IMG/VR virus record: IMGVR_UViG_3300025598_000020
Length of the DNA stretch: 64,000 bases
Strand: one strand, 5' to 3'
DNA from: a virus
The translations under genes were made by a program, and so were the position numbers. Of this stretch, positions 1-10,596 are shown piece after piece. The notes under the pieces were generated by a model. It searched no databases. It was not told the DNA's origin and saw only the letters and a program-made list of their open reading frames with translations. Within the stretch, counting starts at the first letter, position 1, and each line of letters opens with the position of its first letter.

Positions 1-37
1 ATTTGAATACCATAAGATTATTTATGAAACACTATTT

Positions 38-1717
38 TTATAAATTCTTCATCATATCTCTTATAAATGATCCATAGGTGTCTCCACCAACTGATGAGTC
101 CCATAAATCTCCATCCATCAACTCAAGTCCATGATTTAAACCATCTTCAATGATTGGCTCTGGTAGAGTTTCATCGTCTACCTGATTCATATGTTCTACT
201 TGAAACTGTTTACGAATGTCGTGGCTTACAATCTCTTTGAAGTATTTTTGAGTTGTGGCCCAAGCAAATGTCACTAAACACATCACCAAGTCATCATTTG
301 AACCTTCTTCAGCAGCAAATGAGTTTTTGTCCTGCACAAAAGTGGTCAATTCTGAGATAACATCAAAGTCATTGATAATCATCTTGTCACCCTCAACCAA
401 CATTTTTAAATTAGCGCAACCTATACGTTTCACTTGAGGTGACATTTTTAAACCTAACTGTACACCTCTTGCAAAGCCAGCAGACAGTTGTTGTGGTTTC
501 TTGTTACCTGTGAACACCTTCCATAAGTTTTCATACTCAAGTTCGCTATGTAGAATGTCAGCAACCTGTGGTGTGTTATTAATTTCAACCAACACATATG
601 CATCATTATATAATCTTGCTGTATTGTAAATTACAGTTGGAAACAATACTGGATGAATTGACGAACTGTGGTATGTGGCAACCATTTTATATGGCATAGC
701 AGAAATATCCATGACCACAAATGCTGATGCATCCATGTTCTTGCCTTCTGAAACATCAACACAAATTGCATATAAGTGGTCAGTTTTCTTTTCACCATCT
801 TCTTTTATTGGCATTTCAAAAATATTAACCTTATCGTGGTTAGCAATCGGATCCATATATGCCAATTGTGCCAATTTCTGGCCAGAGATAAGCGTATTGG
901 TAGAACCCAAGAACTCACACTCAAACTCTTGTCTGAATTGTTCTTCTGAGGTGTTACGAATAGTTTCTTCTTTCCATACTTCATCACGGCCTGGTACCAT
1001 AGACCAGTGAATCTCGAACGGTTGATAACCACTTTTCTTACCAATTGCATCCATCCACATCTTATAGAATAGATTCATACCGTTTGGTGTAGACACAATA
1101 ATAATCTTTGTCGTTTTACCTGATGAAATTACAGGGTAAACTGAGTTAAAGAATTCGTGTGCAATATTTGCCGGAACGAAAGCAAACTCATCCAAGAATA
1201 CACAGTTAAAAGAACCACCTCGAATTGCAGCAGAAGATGTTGAGTCTGCACGAATCTTAGAACCATTTTCAAGTTCTACGTTACCTTTGTTCCAGATTAC
1301 AACACCTTGTTGCAACCACATTGGTAAGTTTTCATATGCCAATTGGTACTTTGCAAGAATATCCCGTGCAAGAGAACCTTTGTTGGCCAGCACGGCTACG
1401 TTTTGTGTATCGTTGAATAGTGTCAACCAAAGAAGATACGCAACGGAGGTGGTGGTTTTACCAACCTGGCGAGGACATTTGGTGATAGCAAAACGATTCT
1501 TGTGGAACAGACGAATCATGTCCTTCTGAAAGTCCCACATTTCAAATGGCATCAAACCACGGTCAACGTTAACAATCTTGATATATCGTTCCGCAAAGTA
1601 AACTGGATCCTTTGCACACTTCATGAACTCTTCTACTTGTTCTTTAGTGTATTTTAATTGAATACCGACCTTCTTTAATAAAGGATTGTCACGGTAACTA
1701 TCTTTATTTTCACTCAT
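38..1717 (-). CDS. gp17: Terminase large subunit (T4 gp17-like)
   Basis: Walker A PRQVGKTT, Walker B VFLDEFAF, coupling motif STPNG, C-terminal nuclease with DD (SNDDLVM). Confidence 0.97.
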   Translation of the reverse strand: MSENKDSYRDNPLLKKVGIQLKYTKEQVEEFMKCAKDPVYFAERYIKIVNVDRGLMPFEMWDFQKDMIRLFHKNRFAITKCPRQVGKTTTSVAYLLWLTLFNDTQNVAVLANKGSLARDILAKYQLAYENLPMWLQQGVVIWNKGNVELENGSKIRADSTSSAAIRGGSFNCVFLDEFAFVPANIAHEFFNSVYPVISSGKTTKIIIVSTPNGMNLFYKMWMDAIGKKSGYQPFEIHWSMVPGRDEVWKEETIRNTSEEQFRQEFECEFLGSTNTLISGQKLAQLAYMDPIANHDKVNIFEMPIKEDGEKKTDHLYAICVDVSEGKNMDASAFVVMDISAMPYKMVATYHSSSIHPVLFPTVIYNTARLYNDAYVLVEINNTPQVADILHSELEYENLWKVFTGNKKPQQLSAGFARGVQLGLKMSPQVKRIGCANLKMLVEGDKMIINDFDVISELTTFVQDKNSFAAEEGSNDDLVMCLVTFAWATTQKYFKEIVSHDIRKQFQVEHMNQVDDETLPEPIIEDGLNHGLELMDGDLWDSSVGGDTYGSFIRDMMKNL

Positions 1718-2135
1718 TCATGCCTTTAATCAACTTATTGAGTTCTGATGTTGAACCGACAAAGAATGCTGCTTTATCAATATTTGTGGTACTTGCTTGA
1801 TTCTTTTTATCCATATCACGCATTTGTTTTTGAACTGCAAGAAGTTCTTTGTTGGCGTCTACCACATTTTTAAGTAACGTACCATAGACTTCAAAAGCAC
1901 GTGGATGTTGACCGTCTTTTGCAATTTGTAAGATTTCGGCCATTGCATCTTTACCTTGGTCAATCAAGTCTTGTAGATTGGCCTTAGTTTGTTCGTATGC
2001 ATCGGTCAAATCTTCTTCAAGTGTTTCTTTATCTACAACCGCAGGTAACTGTTGTTTTTTTACAACAGGCACCACCGGTGTTGGTGATGAAGTTACATCA
2101 AAGATTTCTTCCATGTTTTTATCAAAATTATTCAT
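1710..2135 (-). CDS. gp16: Terminase small subunit (T4 gp16-like)
   Basis: HPRAFEV motif and FVGSTSEL C-terminus; overlaps the start of gp17. Confidence 0.92.
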   Translation of the reverse strand: MNNFDKNMEEIFDVTSSPTPVVPVVKKQQLPAVVDKETLEEDLTDAYEQTKANLQDLIDQGKDAMAEILQIAKDGQHPRAFEVYGTLLKNVVDANKELLAVQKQMRDMDKKNQASTTNIDKAAFFVGSTSELNKLIKGMNE

Positions 2136-2153
2136 AGTTTAATTAAAAATTAA

Positions 2154-2984
2154 TTAACTTGTTGTGCCTTTGATGATTACATATTGAATCACTGGTGCTT
2201 CAGCTGTAACTGTTGTAATACCACGAACAGTAACGTTTGCTTGACCTGCACTTGTGTTTGCAGCAAAAACATAGTTACCTAGTGTGCCACCACTAAAGTG
2301 ATTCAATAATATAAAATCATTTGCAGCAATTGTAGAATTTGTTAATACAAAAGTATTTGCAGCACCTGCAGCCAATGCTTGTGAGAACAATGTAATTTGA
2401 CCTGATGGTTTGTTCAAGGTGACACCAGTAGTTCTACTTGTTGATTGTGTTACAGTACCACCAGCACCTGTTGAATAACCAATACCGTTACCGGATGTTT
2501 CTATCAAACCACCAGTGAATACATTGCCTGCAACTCCAACACCACCTGAAATAACTATTGCACCAGTTGTTGTATTAACAGAAGTATTAGAACTTTGAAT
2601 AAAAACTTCTGTGAAAGGTGTAAATATAACATCACCATAACCATCTGGATCGATAGTTAGATTAGAAGCAGAACCTGTTGCTGTTGTGATTGTGGTAGAA
2701 TAAAGATTGCCTCTAACGTTTGCGGTGCCAGTAATCAACAAGTTACCTGTTAGTGTACCACCTGTATTTGCTAAATCTGAACCAGCCGCATTAGCTGCCG
2801 CATTAGCGGTATTCCAAACTGTTTGCAAAGTGATTGCATTAGCTGCATACCAACCACCTGCTGTACTACCATCATGTACTGTGACTTGATTTAATGTAGT
2901 ATCAACAATCAATTCACCAGAGGCGCCAGTAATACTAGCAAGGTTACTTGTTGTATATCTTCTAAATTGTAACGTCTTTGACAT
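2154..2984 (-). CDS. Virion fibre/decoration protein with Mtd-like N-terminal domain
   Basis: N-terminus LQFRR..TGASGELIVDT..HDGST.GG; Thr/Gly/Asn-rich beta-type body. Confidence 0.65.
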   Translation of the reverse strand: MSKTLQFRRYTTSNLASITGASGELIVDTTLNQVTVHDGSTAGGWYAANAITLQTVWNTANAAANAAGSDLANTGGTLTGNLLITGTANVRGNLYSTTITTATGSASNLTIDPDGYGDVIFTPFTEVFIQSSNTSVNTTTGAIVISGGVGVAGNVFTGGLIETSGNGIGYSTGAGGTVTQSTSRTTGVTLNKPSGQITLFSQALAAGAANTFVLTNSTIAANDFILLNHFSGGTLGNYVFAANTSAGQANVTVRGITTVTAEAPVIQYVIIKGTTS

Positions 2985-2995
2985 TTTTTAACCTT

Positions 2996-4060
2996 TTATG
3001 TATTTGGATATTCCGTAATGGTAGTATTAATGGTGAATGGTCCAGAATTAGCCGTTTCGGTTGACATATCTTCCACACCAACATCAGTTCTTAAATCATC
3101 TGAACCAGTTTCTGATGACAAATCTTCAAATACATCACCGTAAACTGGAGAAACAACAATTTTAGCAAGTTCAATTGGTACAACTTTGTAGTTTAAAAAC
3201 TTTCTGGTTGCTTCTGATGTTTGGCCAATAATATTTTGATTTGAAACAAAATTGCCTGTCAGGTCAGAAAGAACCAAATTGTAGTTTTGATATGAAACTA
3301 CTTTACCAGTTGCTGTTGCAAATGAAGGTGATGTACCTTGATATGCAATTTCACCAATCTTATATTTTCCTGTGCCGACTTCATTCATTTCAAACAGAAC
3401 ATTATGTTCATCATCTATATTATTGTATATATTTGTGATGGATGTTTGAATTAAACCAACATTGTCATTAATGACACCAAAAATAAAACCTTTAACTGTG
3501 AAGTTTAAAGTCCAAATAACCATTCTGGTATCTGAATCTCTATCACCTTCATAAGTTACATCATATGTGGTGTTATTTAGTACAACAGGTACTTCTTTTA
3601 TGATTCCCATTTCTGGAATCATGTTAACTTTTATCGTATAATCTGGTGAAAAATATGGTAAAATATGTTCTATAATTTGATTGCCATCTTCAATATTACG
3701 AACATAAAGATAAAGACTAAAATCAAAGTTATATGGTACTGGTGTATATTGTGAGAGGTATTGTGAACCTGTATATGCAAAGTTCTTTATATTTGTTTGT
3801 TGTTTACGGCTTGCGTCATATGAAATACCGTTCATCTCATATGACATACGTGGCAAAGCCATTTGAATCTTTTTATCAAGGTTTGGATCACCTTGTAGAC
3901 GCATTACATACAATTCTTTTGTTGCATAATCCAATGGAACAATAAATCTTTCTTGTTCTGTTTCATCTGGATTATAACGAATCAACGTAATGTTATCAAA
4001 CAGATTGCCAAAAGCAACTGTTAGTTTACGAATCATTCTATTGTAAGTGGTATTAGACAT
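2996..4060 (-). CDS. gp15: Tail sheath stabiliser/terminator (T4 gp15-like) with C-terminal extension
   Basis: AFGNLFDNI, LPRMSYE, QIIEHILPYF motifs; synteny 13-14-15-16-17. Confidence 0.92.
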   Translation of the reverse strand: MSNTTYNRMIRKLTVAFGNLFDNITLIRYNPDETEQERFIVPLDYATKELYVMRLQGDPNLDKKIQMALPRMSYEMNGISYDASRKQQTNIKNFAYTGSQYLSQYTPVPYNFDFSLYLYVRNIEDGNQIIEHILPYFSPDYTIKVNMIPEMGIIKEVPVVLNNTTYDVTYEGDRDSDTRMVIWTLNFTVKGFIFGVINDNVGLIQTSITNIYNNIDDEHNVLFEMNEVGTGKYKIGEIAYQGTSPSFATATGKVVSYQNYNLVLSDLTGNFVSNQNIIGQTSEATRKFLNYKVVPIELAKIVVSPVYGDVFEDLSSETGSDDLRTDVGVEDMSTETANSGPFTINTTITEYPNT

Positions 4061-4941
4061 TATAAACCACCTATCGGATTAGTCTCAGATGTATTTAATA
4101 TCGCAGAAGCTGAACTACTAATTAAACTATTATCATATGGTTCTTTTACTGCTGGAACTTCTAGAGGATCGTATGTTGTTACAACATAACTTGCTCCACT
4201 TGTGTTACCAATAACTACTTGTCCGTCTGCAAACACACCTGAAATATTGGTTACTGCCATTTGTGATGCAGATGGAACCCAAGATTGAATTGTAGCCACA
4301 GCTGTTGCATTGGCGTAAGTATTATCAGGAGATTGAAATACCAATTCTTGTAAATTGTATGTTCCCGAACCAGTACCAGTATTCAAATGTATTGTGTAAG
4401 CCGAATCATATACAACAATGTCAATGTCCGGTATACCAGTAGAAATAACTTCTTGTGAGTATTTGAATTTCTCTAAATCCAATTCATAAAAATAAGGCAA
4501 TTTTCTACCCAATTGAAAAAAGTCTTTTGTTTGATTGGTGAATTTAATCTCATAAAGTTCACCTTGGCCATTCAAAATTGGAATATAGATTAAATCACCT
4601 TCACGTGGTCTTGTGAATGTATTTTGTGGTACTCTTTGACTGAAAGTTCTTTTAGAAACAATCACTGAAACTTGATTGCGAATTTCCAAACCAAACTTGG
4701 TAAACATTTCTCTGTCGCCATTATATTCTGTGGCATTAGAAAGATACATTTCCAACGGAAAAGCGGTATTAAATTTCTTAACCGGATCTTCACCATAAAG
4801 AAGGTCACGAGCTGCATCGTTATCATTAGGAAGATAATAAGCATTAAAACCCATAATTTTTATGGATTCTACAATTAAGTCTTCAATGATTTTTTGGTCT
4901 GGTCTAGACCCATAAAGATTAAAATATTGACTTGTTGCCAT
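4060..4941 (-). CDS. gp14: Neck protein (T4 gp14-like)
   Basis: ESIKIMG, KFGLEIRN, PREGDLIY, FFQLGR motifs. Confidence 0.92.
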   Translation of the reverse strand: MATSQYFNLYGSRPDQKIIEDLIVESIKIMGFNAYYLPNDNDAARDLLYGEDPVKKFNTAFPLEMYLSNATEYNGDREMFTKFGLEIRNQVSVIVSKRTFSQRVPQNTFTRPREGDLIYIPILNGQGELYEIKFTNQTKDFFQLGRKLPYFYELDLEKFKYSQEVISTGIPDIDIVVYDSAYTIHLNTGTGSGTYNLQELVFQSPDNTYANATAVATIQSWVPSASQMAVTNISGVFADGQVVIGNTSGASYVVTTYDPLEVPAVKEPYDNSLISSSASAILNTSETNPIGGL

Positions 4942-4942
4942 G

Positions 4943-5725
4943 TTAGTTCAAGAACCATTCTAGCGGACCGCCATAGTTTTCAATCATGTCTTTCTCTAAT
5001 CTGGCAATTTCTTCCATAGCTTCATCATAAGTTTCTTTGCCATTTAATGTGACACCACCAGGTAGTTGTAGTCCACCAAATTTTTTCATGTTCTCACCCC
5101 AAGTTCTCTTAATGAGTGCTGTGGCATATTCTTTTAACCAACGGTCATTCCATACATTTGGATACTCATTCGGATCAATTGCACCATAACATTCTGATAC
5201 AACAACTTGACCCACACCTACTTCGTAACCACTACCCCAAGCCCAATCAATATACAGTCTCTGCATATTACGTACAAAACGAATAGGAACTTCACCAGTG
5301 AACTGTAGTTCCAAAGAACGTAAGTGTTGTTGAGTTAATGTGTAATTGATGTAGGACGCAGAAGTAAAGTCATACAACTCATTTAGACGCAATTGGTATC
5401 TCAAGTCAAACATATTTATAGTTGCTTGAGAATCAGTCAAAGGAAAAATACGGGTGATACCAAGAATACTTACATTGTTACCGTTTGCATCTGTAGCTTG
5501 AGATGCATCCAGATATTGGTGAGCAATGTCATCTGCGGTAACATAGTGAATCCAGTAGAATTTTTGTGCACCATCAAAGTGGTAGTCTTGCCAGTATTGA
5601 ATAGCATCATCAATACGGTCGGATACTTGGTCTTCATCTACGTTGATATCAATGACAGGCGCACCCAGTCTACGTAAACAATAATTTGTAAAGTCTTGTC
5701 TATTTAAAATTGGTGCTGAAGCCAT
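4943..5725 (-). CDS. gp13: Neck protein (T4 gp13-like)
   Basis: LRRLGAPVIDINV, WLKEYATALIK, LPGGVTLNG. Confidence 0.95.
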   Translation of the reverse strand: MASAPILNRQDFTNYCLRRLGAPVIDINVDEDQVSDRIDDAIQYWQDYHFDGAQKFYWIHYVTADDIAHQYLDASQATDANGNNVSILGITRIFPLTDSQATINMFDLRYQLRLNELYDFTSASYINYTLTQQHLRSLELQFTGEVPIRFVRNMQRLYIDWAWGSGYEVGVGQVVVSECYGAIDPNEYPNVWNDRWLKEYATALIKRTWGENMKKFGGLQLPGGVTLNGKETYDEAMEEIARLEKDMIENYGGPLEWFLN

Positions 5726-5757
5726 GCAAAAATCTCCTGTTATTCCCTATTTATCTA

Positions 5758-7026
5758 TTAGATTTTTAGGGGACCAGGAAACCTCTCTCCTCCATCTTTT
5801 ACAGCAACCAACCACGCACTTGTGACACACACATTTAGACTTTTCAACCAATCATTTGGAAAGTGTGTTTCTCTACGATATTCTTGGAATCTAATAGATT
5901 TATTATCTATAAAACCAGCCAAATATGCATCTGTGTAATACAAGAAACTGTTTTCATTCCAATAACTTACATGAGTTGGGTCTTGAAAAGCACCACGACC
6001 ATCGGTACTCGGTACTTCAATAAATGCCCAACCACCATGTGCCAATACCCTATGTATCTCACCCATAATCTTAGTCTTGTCGTGCAAGTGTTCTAAGATA
6101 TGACTTGCATTTAATACACCAACTGAATTGTCTGGTAAAGGAATACCATTGTTTAAGTCACAAACATAATCAGCAGTATCTCTAAGGTCAACTGTTGTAT
6201 AACCTTCATATGGATTTAACCCACCACCAATGTCTACACACAATAAACCTTTATCTTTGGCATCTTTTTCTGCCAGAACTCTCGCATATTGTCTTTGTAA
6301 CTCTACAGTTTTGACTTGAATGGCTTCATTTCGTTCAAGGAAAGTATTATCTCCCGTGATTCGATATATGTATAAGACTTTTGGTACACGAACCATCTTT
6401 GTGTGTATGTAGGTTCTGATACACAATTCATGGTCATCACAGATAGAAAGTTCTGAATTGTGACCACCAATTTCTTCATATACAGTTTTACGCCAAGAAC
6501 GAACGTGGTCTGGTGCAAACCAAATGTATTGTAATGCTTGACTTGTTGGTTCAAAACTTTTCATTGCATGAAGTTCTTGACCTTTCCAGTTGAACATTTC
6601 AAATGTCCATCCGTTACCTTCATCATATGGTACAAACTCATTCTTCATGTGAAGAACTGCATTGTCACTATAAACAAAACCAACTGTATCGTCTTGGTAA
6701 GCTTTGTTCAATTCTTCTAAACAATCTGGTGTGATTAAGTCATCATGGTCCATTTCAACCAGAACATCGCCTGTGGCCAATGCAAATGCAACTCTCTTTA
6801 CTGCACCAACATTACTGTTTTTATCTTCTGTTCTAAAGATTTTAACTTGCCAGTCATCTTTTATAATGTCTGGAATGTTTTCGATAACACAATTGTTATT
6901 TAAGAATAATACCCATTCCCAGTTTTCATATGTTTGATTTCTAATAGAATCATAAAGTTCTAATAAAAACTTAATATTGTTTGGATTATGTTCGGGTGTT
7001 ATTAAACTAAACTTCAAATTTTTCAT
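5758..7026 (-). CDS. GT2-family glycosyltransferase fused to a class I SAM-dependent methyltransferase-like domain
   Basis: SLITP..SIRNQTYENWEW, DHDD (DxD), CDDHEL; C-terminal VDIGGG, SHILEHL, DPTHVSYWN. Start taken at MKNLK. Confidence 0.85.
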   Translation of the reverse strand: MKNLKFSLITPEHNPNNIKFLLELYDSIRNQTYENWEWVLFLNNNCVIENIPDIIKDDWQVKIFRTEDKNSNVGAVKRVAFALATGDVLVEMDHDDLITPDCLEELNKAYQDDTVGFVYSDNAVLHMKNEFVPYDEGNGWTFEMFNWKGQELHAMKSFEPTSQALQYIWFAPDHVRSWRKTVYEEIGGHNSELSICDDHELCIRTYIHTKMVRVPKVLYIYRITGDNTFLERNEAIQVKTVELQRQYARVLAEKDAKDKGLLCVDIGGGLNPYEGYTTVDLRDTADYVCDLNNGIPLPDNSVGVLNASHILEHLHDKTKIMGEIHRVLAHGGWAFIEVPSTDGRGAFQDPTHVSYWNENSFLYYTDAYLAGFIDNKSIRFQEYRRETHFPNDWLKSLNVCVTSAWLVAVKDGGERFPGPLKI

Positions 7027-7030
7027 AATA

Positions 7031-8704
7031 TTAATCAAAGAAGAACAAGTGTGTTAATCTACCAGTTTCATTATCTTGGCCAAAGTAATTGCCTGCCGAA
7101 TGAATGCTTTGTGCATCCATAATCACAAGTCTATTATATAAATTGCCTGCATCGGCAATAGTTTCAAACTTGGATGCATCATAGAAACCTCCTGCAAATG
7201 CACCTTCTATGTCATCATCACTCATGTGCATAGTTCCGTTTAACCTGGACCGATGCAGTCTTGTTCCTGAATCTACTGGTGCATTGGGTGTTAGATAAAT
7301 CATTGCCGCCCACTTTTGCAAGTCATGGTGGTAAACCTGTGGGTCTTCTGCCGTTACAATTTGAAAACAACCATTATGTCCGTGTTCTTCCCAATTGTTA
7401 ATCTTTTCACCAATAATAGATTCAAATGCTTCTTTTATGCCATCAAATCTAAATGGACCTGAGCGTTGTCCTTTATAATACTGAATATCTCTTTTGTATT
7501 CAGCTTGAAGTGCAATTTGTCTTACTTCATCTGGATTAGTATAAAAGTTGTCAACAACAAATAGTTTCTTTTTCATGTTCACATTTACATAAGATATTTT
7601 AGGTGGGTTCAATTTGTCTAACGCATAATTATGTAGGTCTTGTATTCTGGTGCCACCATCATGGTACATTGAACGGTCTATCATAACAACATATCTTGGA
7701 AATGCACAAGTTCTTTCCGGCTGAATCATGATTGATGTATACTTTAACATACTTTCATAATCACCCAACTCATTATATGTGTGTGCTAAACCCCACCAGT
7801 GGTCATTTCTTCCTGTGGCAAATCTGTCTGCATCAAGAAATGTTTGTATTGCTTCATCAACATCACCAATAAATTTCAAACATTCGGCCGAAAATATCTT
7901 GGCCATGTAACACATTTCATCTTCACCTTGTACATTTCTATGGAATACGTATTCGTTGAAATAGTAAATACAACGTCTGGCAAACTCTTTTCTTTGTGTT
8001 TCACCTAATGGAAATGAATGTTCTTGATATGCATCAAAGTAACTTTTACCAATGTACCAAAAATGATACCAATCGGTTAGTATAGAGTTTTCTTTAATCA
8101 TCTTTTCTTCTAAGATGAGTGCATCAGAAATAAATTTGGTTGGATTTGACCAACTCTGGCCTTCATTGAAACCAATTTGTCTGATTGTTAATGGTAAATC
8201 TACACGTTGAAAGTTTTCACCTGTGACGCCATCATCAAGATAGATTGTTTCGTGGCACGGATCATGGTTGAAACGCCATTTCAATTTGGCATTCCACATC
8301 CATGCACGATAATAAACACTTGAACCTGCTACTGCTGGTATATGAAATGATTGTATTGAAGTATCATCAAGTAAGGACCAATCAAAGTCATCATCGATTT
8401 CTAAGACTTCATCACAATCCATCTTAAGAATCCAATCACAACCGTGTTCAATATTTTGTGTATATTGAATTAAGTGGTCACGATTCCAACCAAAGCCAAC
8501 CCATCCTTCTTCTACATCGTAAAGAACACCTGGTATTTGTTTTTCTGTAAAGAAGTCTTTAACAATTTGGTCTGTACCGTCTGTTGAACCGTTGTTTTGT
8601 ATTACGAAATAATCAATATATTTGTAACATGATTCCAACATTCTTCTCATCACCGATGCTTCATTACGAAACATGGTGGTCATAACAATTTTCACCTTCT
8701 TCAT
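7031..8704 (-). CDS. GT2-like glycosyltransferase + TPR-like region + C-terminal 2OG-Fe(II) oxygenase-like (DUF6445-like) domain
   Basis: FRNEA..GSTDGT..MDCDE GT-A core; helical middle region; C-terminal VVDNFY..HHD..YLTPNAP..SGT..YNRLVI..H..R..LFFFD. Start taken at MKKVK. Confidence 0.8.
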   Translation of the reverse strand: MKKVKIVMTTMFRNEASVMRRMLESCYKYIDYFVIQNNGSTDGTDQIVKDFFTEKQIPGVLYDVEEGWVGFGWNRDHLIQYTQNIEHGCDWILKMDCDEVLEIDDDFDWSLLDDTSIQSFHIPAVAGSSVYYRAWMWNAKLKWRFNHDPCHETIYLDDGVTGENFQRVDLPLTIRQIGFNEGQSWSNPTKFISDALILEEKMIKENSILTDWYHFWYIGKSYFDAYQEHSFPLGETQRKEFARRCIYYFNEYVFHRNVQGEDEMCYMAKIFSAECLKFIGDVDEAIQTFLDADRFATGRNDHWWGLAHTYNELGDYESMLKYTSIMIQPERTCAFPRYVVMIDRSMYHDGGTRIQDLHNYALDKLNPPKISYVNVNMKKKLFVVDNFYTNPDEVRQIALQAEYKRDIQYYKGQRSGPFRFDGIKEAFESIIGEKINNWEEHGHNGCFQIVTAEDPQVYHHDLQKWAAMIYLTPNAPVDSGTRLHRSRLNGTMHMSDDDIEGAFAGGFYDASKFETIADAGNLYNRLVIMDAQSIHSAGNYFGQDNETGRLTHLFFFD

Positions 8705-8705
8705 T

Positions 8706-9284
8706 TTATCTCCACTTGGGCCCATCAAACCATGCGGCTATACTGTATCTTTTTCCTTTGGTTACTTTGCCTGCCTTGTGTCTTAACATTGAAGGAAAGA
8801 ATATAGCAGTTCCTTGTTCTCTGACATCTGGGTCAAGTGATTGAGTTGCTTCTGTGATAGTAAAATCTCCACCCTCATAATCAATATTTGGGTTAGATAA
8901 CTGAATGACACAGGATAATTTTCTGTGATAATCTGGATCATTATTCAACCAAAATACATCGTGGTGTTCTTTATATTCACCTTCATATGCTGCATCATAT
9001 TCAGCAAACTGAACAAACTCTAATTTGGAAATGTGAACGTTGAAGAAGTCTCTGTTGGCTTCAATAGCCATTTTCCACAAGTCATCAAACAACCAAGTGA
9101 AATTTGGGTCTTTGTCACTTAGAAATGTGACTCTACTTTTGCGAATAGAAGTATCTACTGCTGTACTGATACCATTAACGCCAACAACGGCATCTTGAGA
9201 TGGTAATTTCAATGCATCATTTATAAGTTTATAACAAGTATTAGCATCATAACGATGCTTAAAATAACACCACTCACCCTTCAT
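8706..9284 (-). CDS. 2OG-Fe(II) oxygenase, prolyl-4-hydroxylase/PKHD-like
   Basis: HHD..RKLS..YEGGDF..FFPS..H..GKRYSIAAW (HxD...H...R). Confidence 0.9.
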   Translation of the reverse strand: MKGEWCYFKHRYDANTCYKLINDALKLPSQDAVVGVNGISTAVDTSIRKSRVTFLSDKDPNFTWLFDDLWKMAIEANRDFFNVHISKLEFVQFAEYDAAYEGEYKEHHDVFWLNNDPDYHRKLSCVIQLSNPNIDYEGGDFTITEATQSLDPDVREQGTAIFFPSMLRHKAGKVTKGKRYSIAAWFDGPKWR

Positions 9285-9291
9285 AACAACC

Positions 9292-10596
9292 TCACAATTT
9301 TGAATTCAAATAATCTATTTGTGCCTTTTGCTCTTTCAATGCTTCAATCAAAAGTGGTACAACTCTTTCATACATAACGGTCAAATAATTTTCACCAGAA
9401 ATGCTGTTACCATATTTATCTGTGTCAAAGGGAGCCTTTTCAATGACTTCTGGTAACACATCGTTAATTTCTTGTGCAATCAAACCAACTTCACGTTCGT
9501 TTCCTTGATAACCAAACGACCTAGCCAAATCATTTTTAGTGTAGTAAACACCATTCAATGTCATAACTTTTTCAAGTGCTTGATTGATTTTGTTTATAAT
9601 ATCTTTTAGTCTACCATCAGAATAGTATGCAGTGATATTACCTGTTGCTTGAATTGTACCTGTTGGTCCAGCAGATGTATTAACACCTAAAGCTGAAACT
9701 TGTGTTGGTGCCGGACCAGTTGGGCCTGTTGATCCTTGTGGTCCCTGAGCACCAGTTGGGCCTGGACTGCCAGTGCTACCTGTTGGTCCAGTGGCTCCAG
9801 TTGGACCTGTAGGTCCTGGTGAACCTGTGGGTCCAGTTGGTCCAGGTGCTCCTTGATAACCAGATGGTCCAGTACCACCTTGTGGTCCCTGAGCACCAGG
9901 TGAACCTGTTGTGCCGGTTGAACCTTGTGGTCCCTGAGCACCAGATGTGCCAGCAGGTCCTTGTGTGCCTTGAAATCCAGAAGGTCCAGTAGAACCTTGT
10001 GGTCCTTGTGGTCCTGGATTACCTTGTGCACCGGAAGAACCTTGTGGTCCTTGAGCACCGGGAGAACCAGCTGGACCTTGTGTACCTTGGAAACCAGAAG
10101 GTCCAGTGCTACCCGTAGTTCCTTGTGCACCTGGTGTTCCAGTTGTGCCCGTACTTCCTTGTGGTCCTTGAGCTCCAGTAGAACCTTGAGGTCCTTGTGT
10201 GCCTTGAAATCCAGAAGGTCCTGTACTACCAGTAGAACCTTGAACACCGGCAGGTCCTTGTGCACCGGTTGGACCCTGAGGTCCTTGTGCACCAGACGCA
10301 CCAGTAGGTCCTTGAGTACCTTGAAAACCTGCTGGTCCTGTACTACCAGTAGAACCTTGAACACCCACAGGTCCTTGTGTTCCTGCCGGACCTTGCGGAC
10401 CCTGAGCACCAATAGTGCCAGCTGCACCTTGAGCACCTTGAACTCCTTGTGGTCCTTGTGCACCAACAGTGCCTTGAGGTCCTTGTGGTCCTAAAATGTT
10501 CGTTGTAGAACCAACCCAAACACCATTTGCTGCAACGACTGATGTAGTACCAACAGTCAATCCATTTTTAACTACAAAATTATTTGCTGTTGCCAT
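9292..10596 (-). CDS. Collagen-like fibre protein C with C-terminal peptidase S74 intramolecular chaperone
   Basis: About 87 Gly-X-Y triplets from Gly36; YYSDGRLKD cleavage motif, GLIAQE, C-terminal coiled coil. Confidence 0.92.
   Translation of the reverse strand: MATANNFVVKNGLTVGTTSVVAANGVWVGSTTNILGPQGPQGTVGAQGPQGVQGAQGAAGTIGAQGPQGPAGTQGPVGVQGSTGSTGPAGFQGTQGPTGASGAQGPQGPTGAQGPAGVQGSTGSTGPSGFQGTQGPQGSTGAQGPQGSTGTTGTPGAQGTTGSTGPSGFQGTQGPAGSPGAQGPQGSSGAQGNPGPQGPQGSTGPSGFQGTQGPAGTSGAQGPQGSTGTTGSPGAQGPQGGTGPSGYQGAPGPTGPTGSPGPTGPTGATGPTGSTGSPGPTGAQGPQGSTGPTGPAPTQVSALGVNTSAGPTGTIQATGNITAYYSDGRLKDIINKINQALEKVMTLNGVYYTKNDLARSFGYQGNEREVGLIAQEINDVLPEVIEKAPFDTDKYGNSISGENYLTVMYERVVPLLIEALKEQKAQIDYLNSKL

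Noticed and set aside
5758-9284. DNA hypermodification cluster (TET/JBP oxygenase plus glycosyltransferase)
   Set aside because: The oxygenase motifs look P4H/PKHD-like rather than TET/JBP-like, and the genes lie in a late virion operon away from replication genes; disfavoured but not excluded
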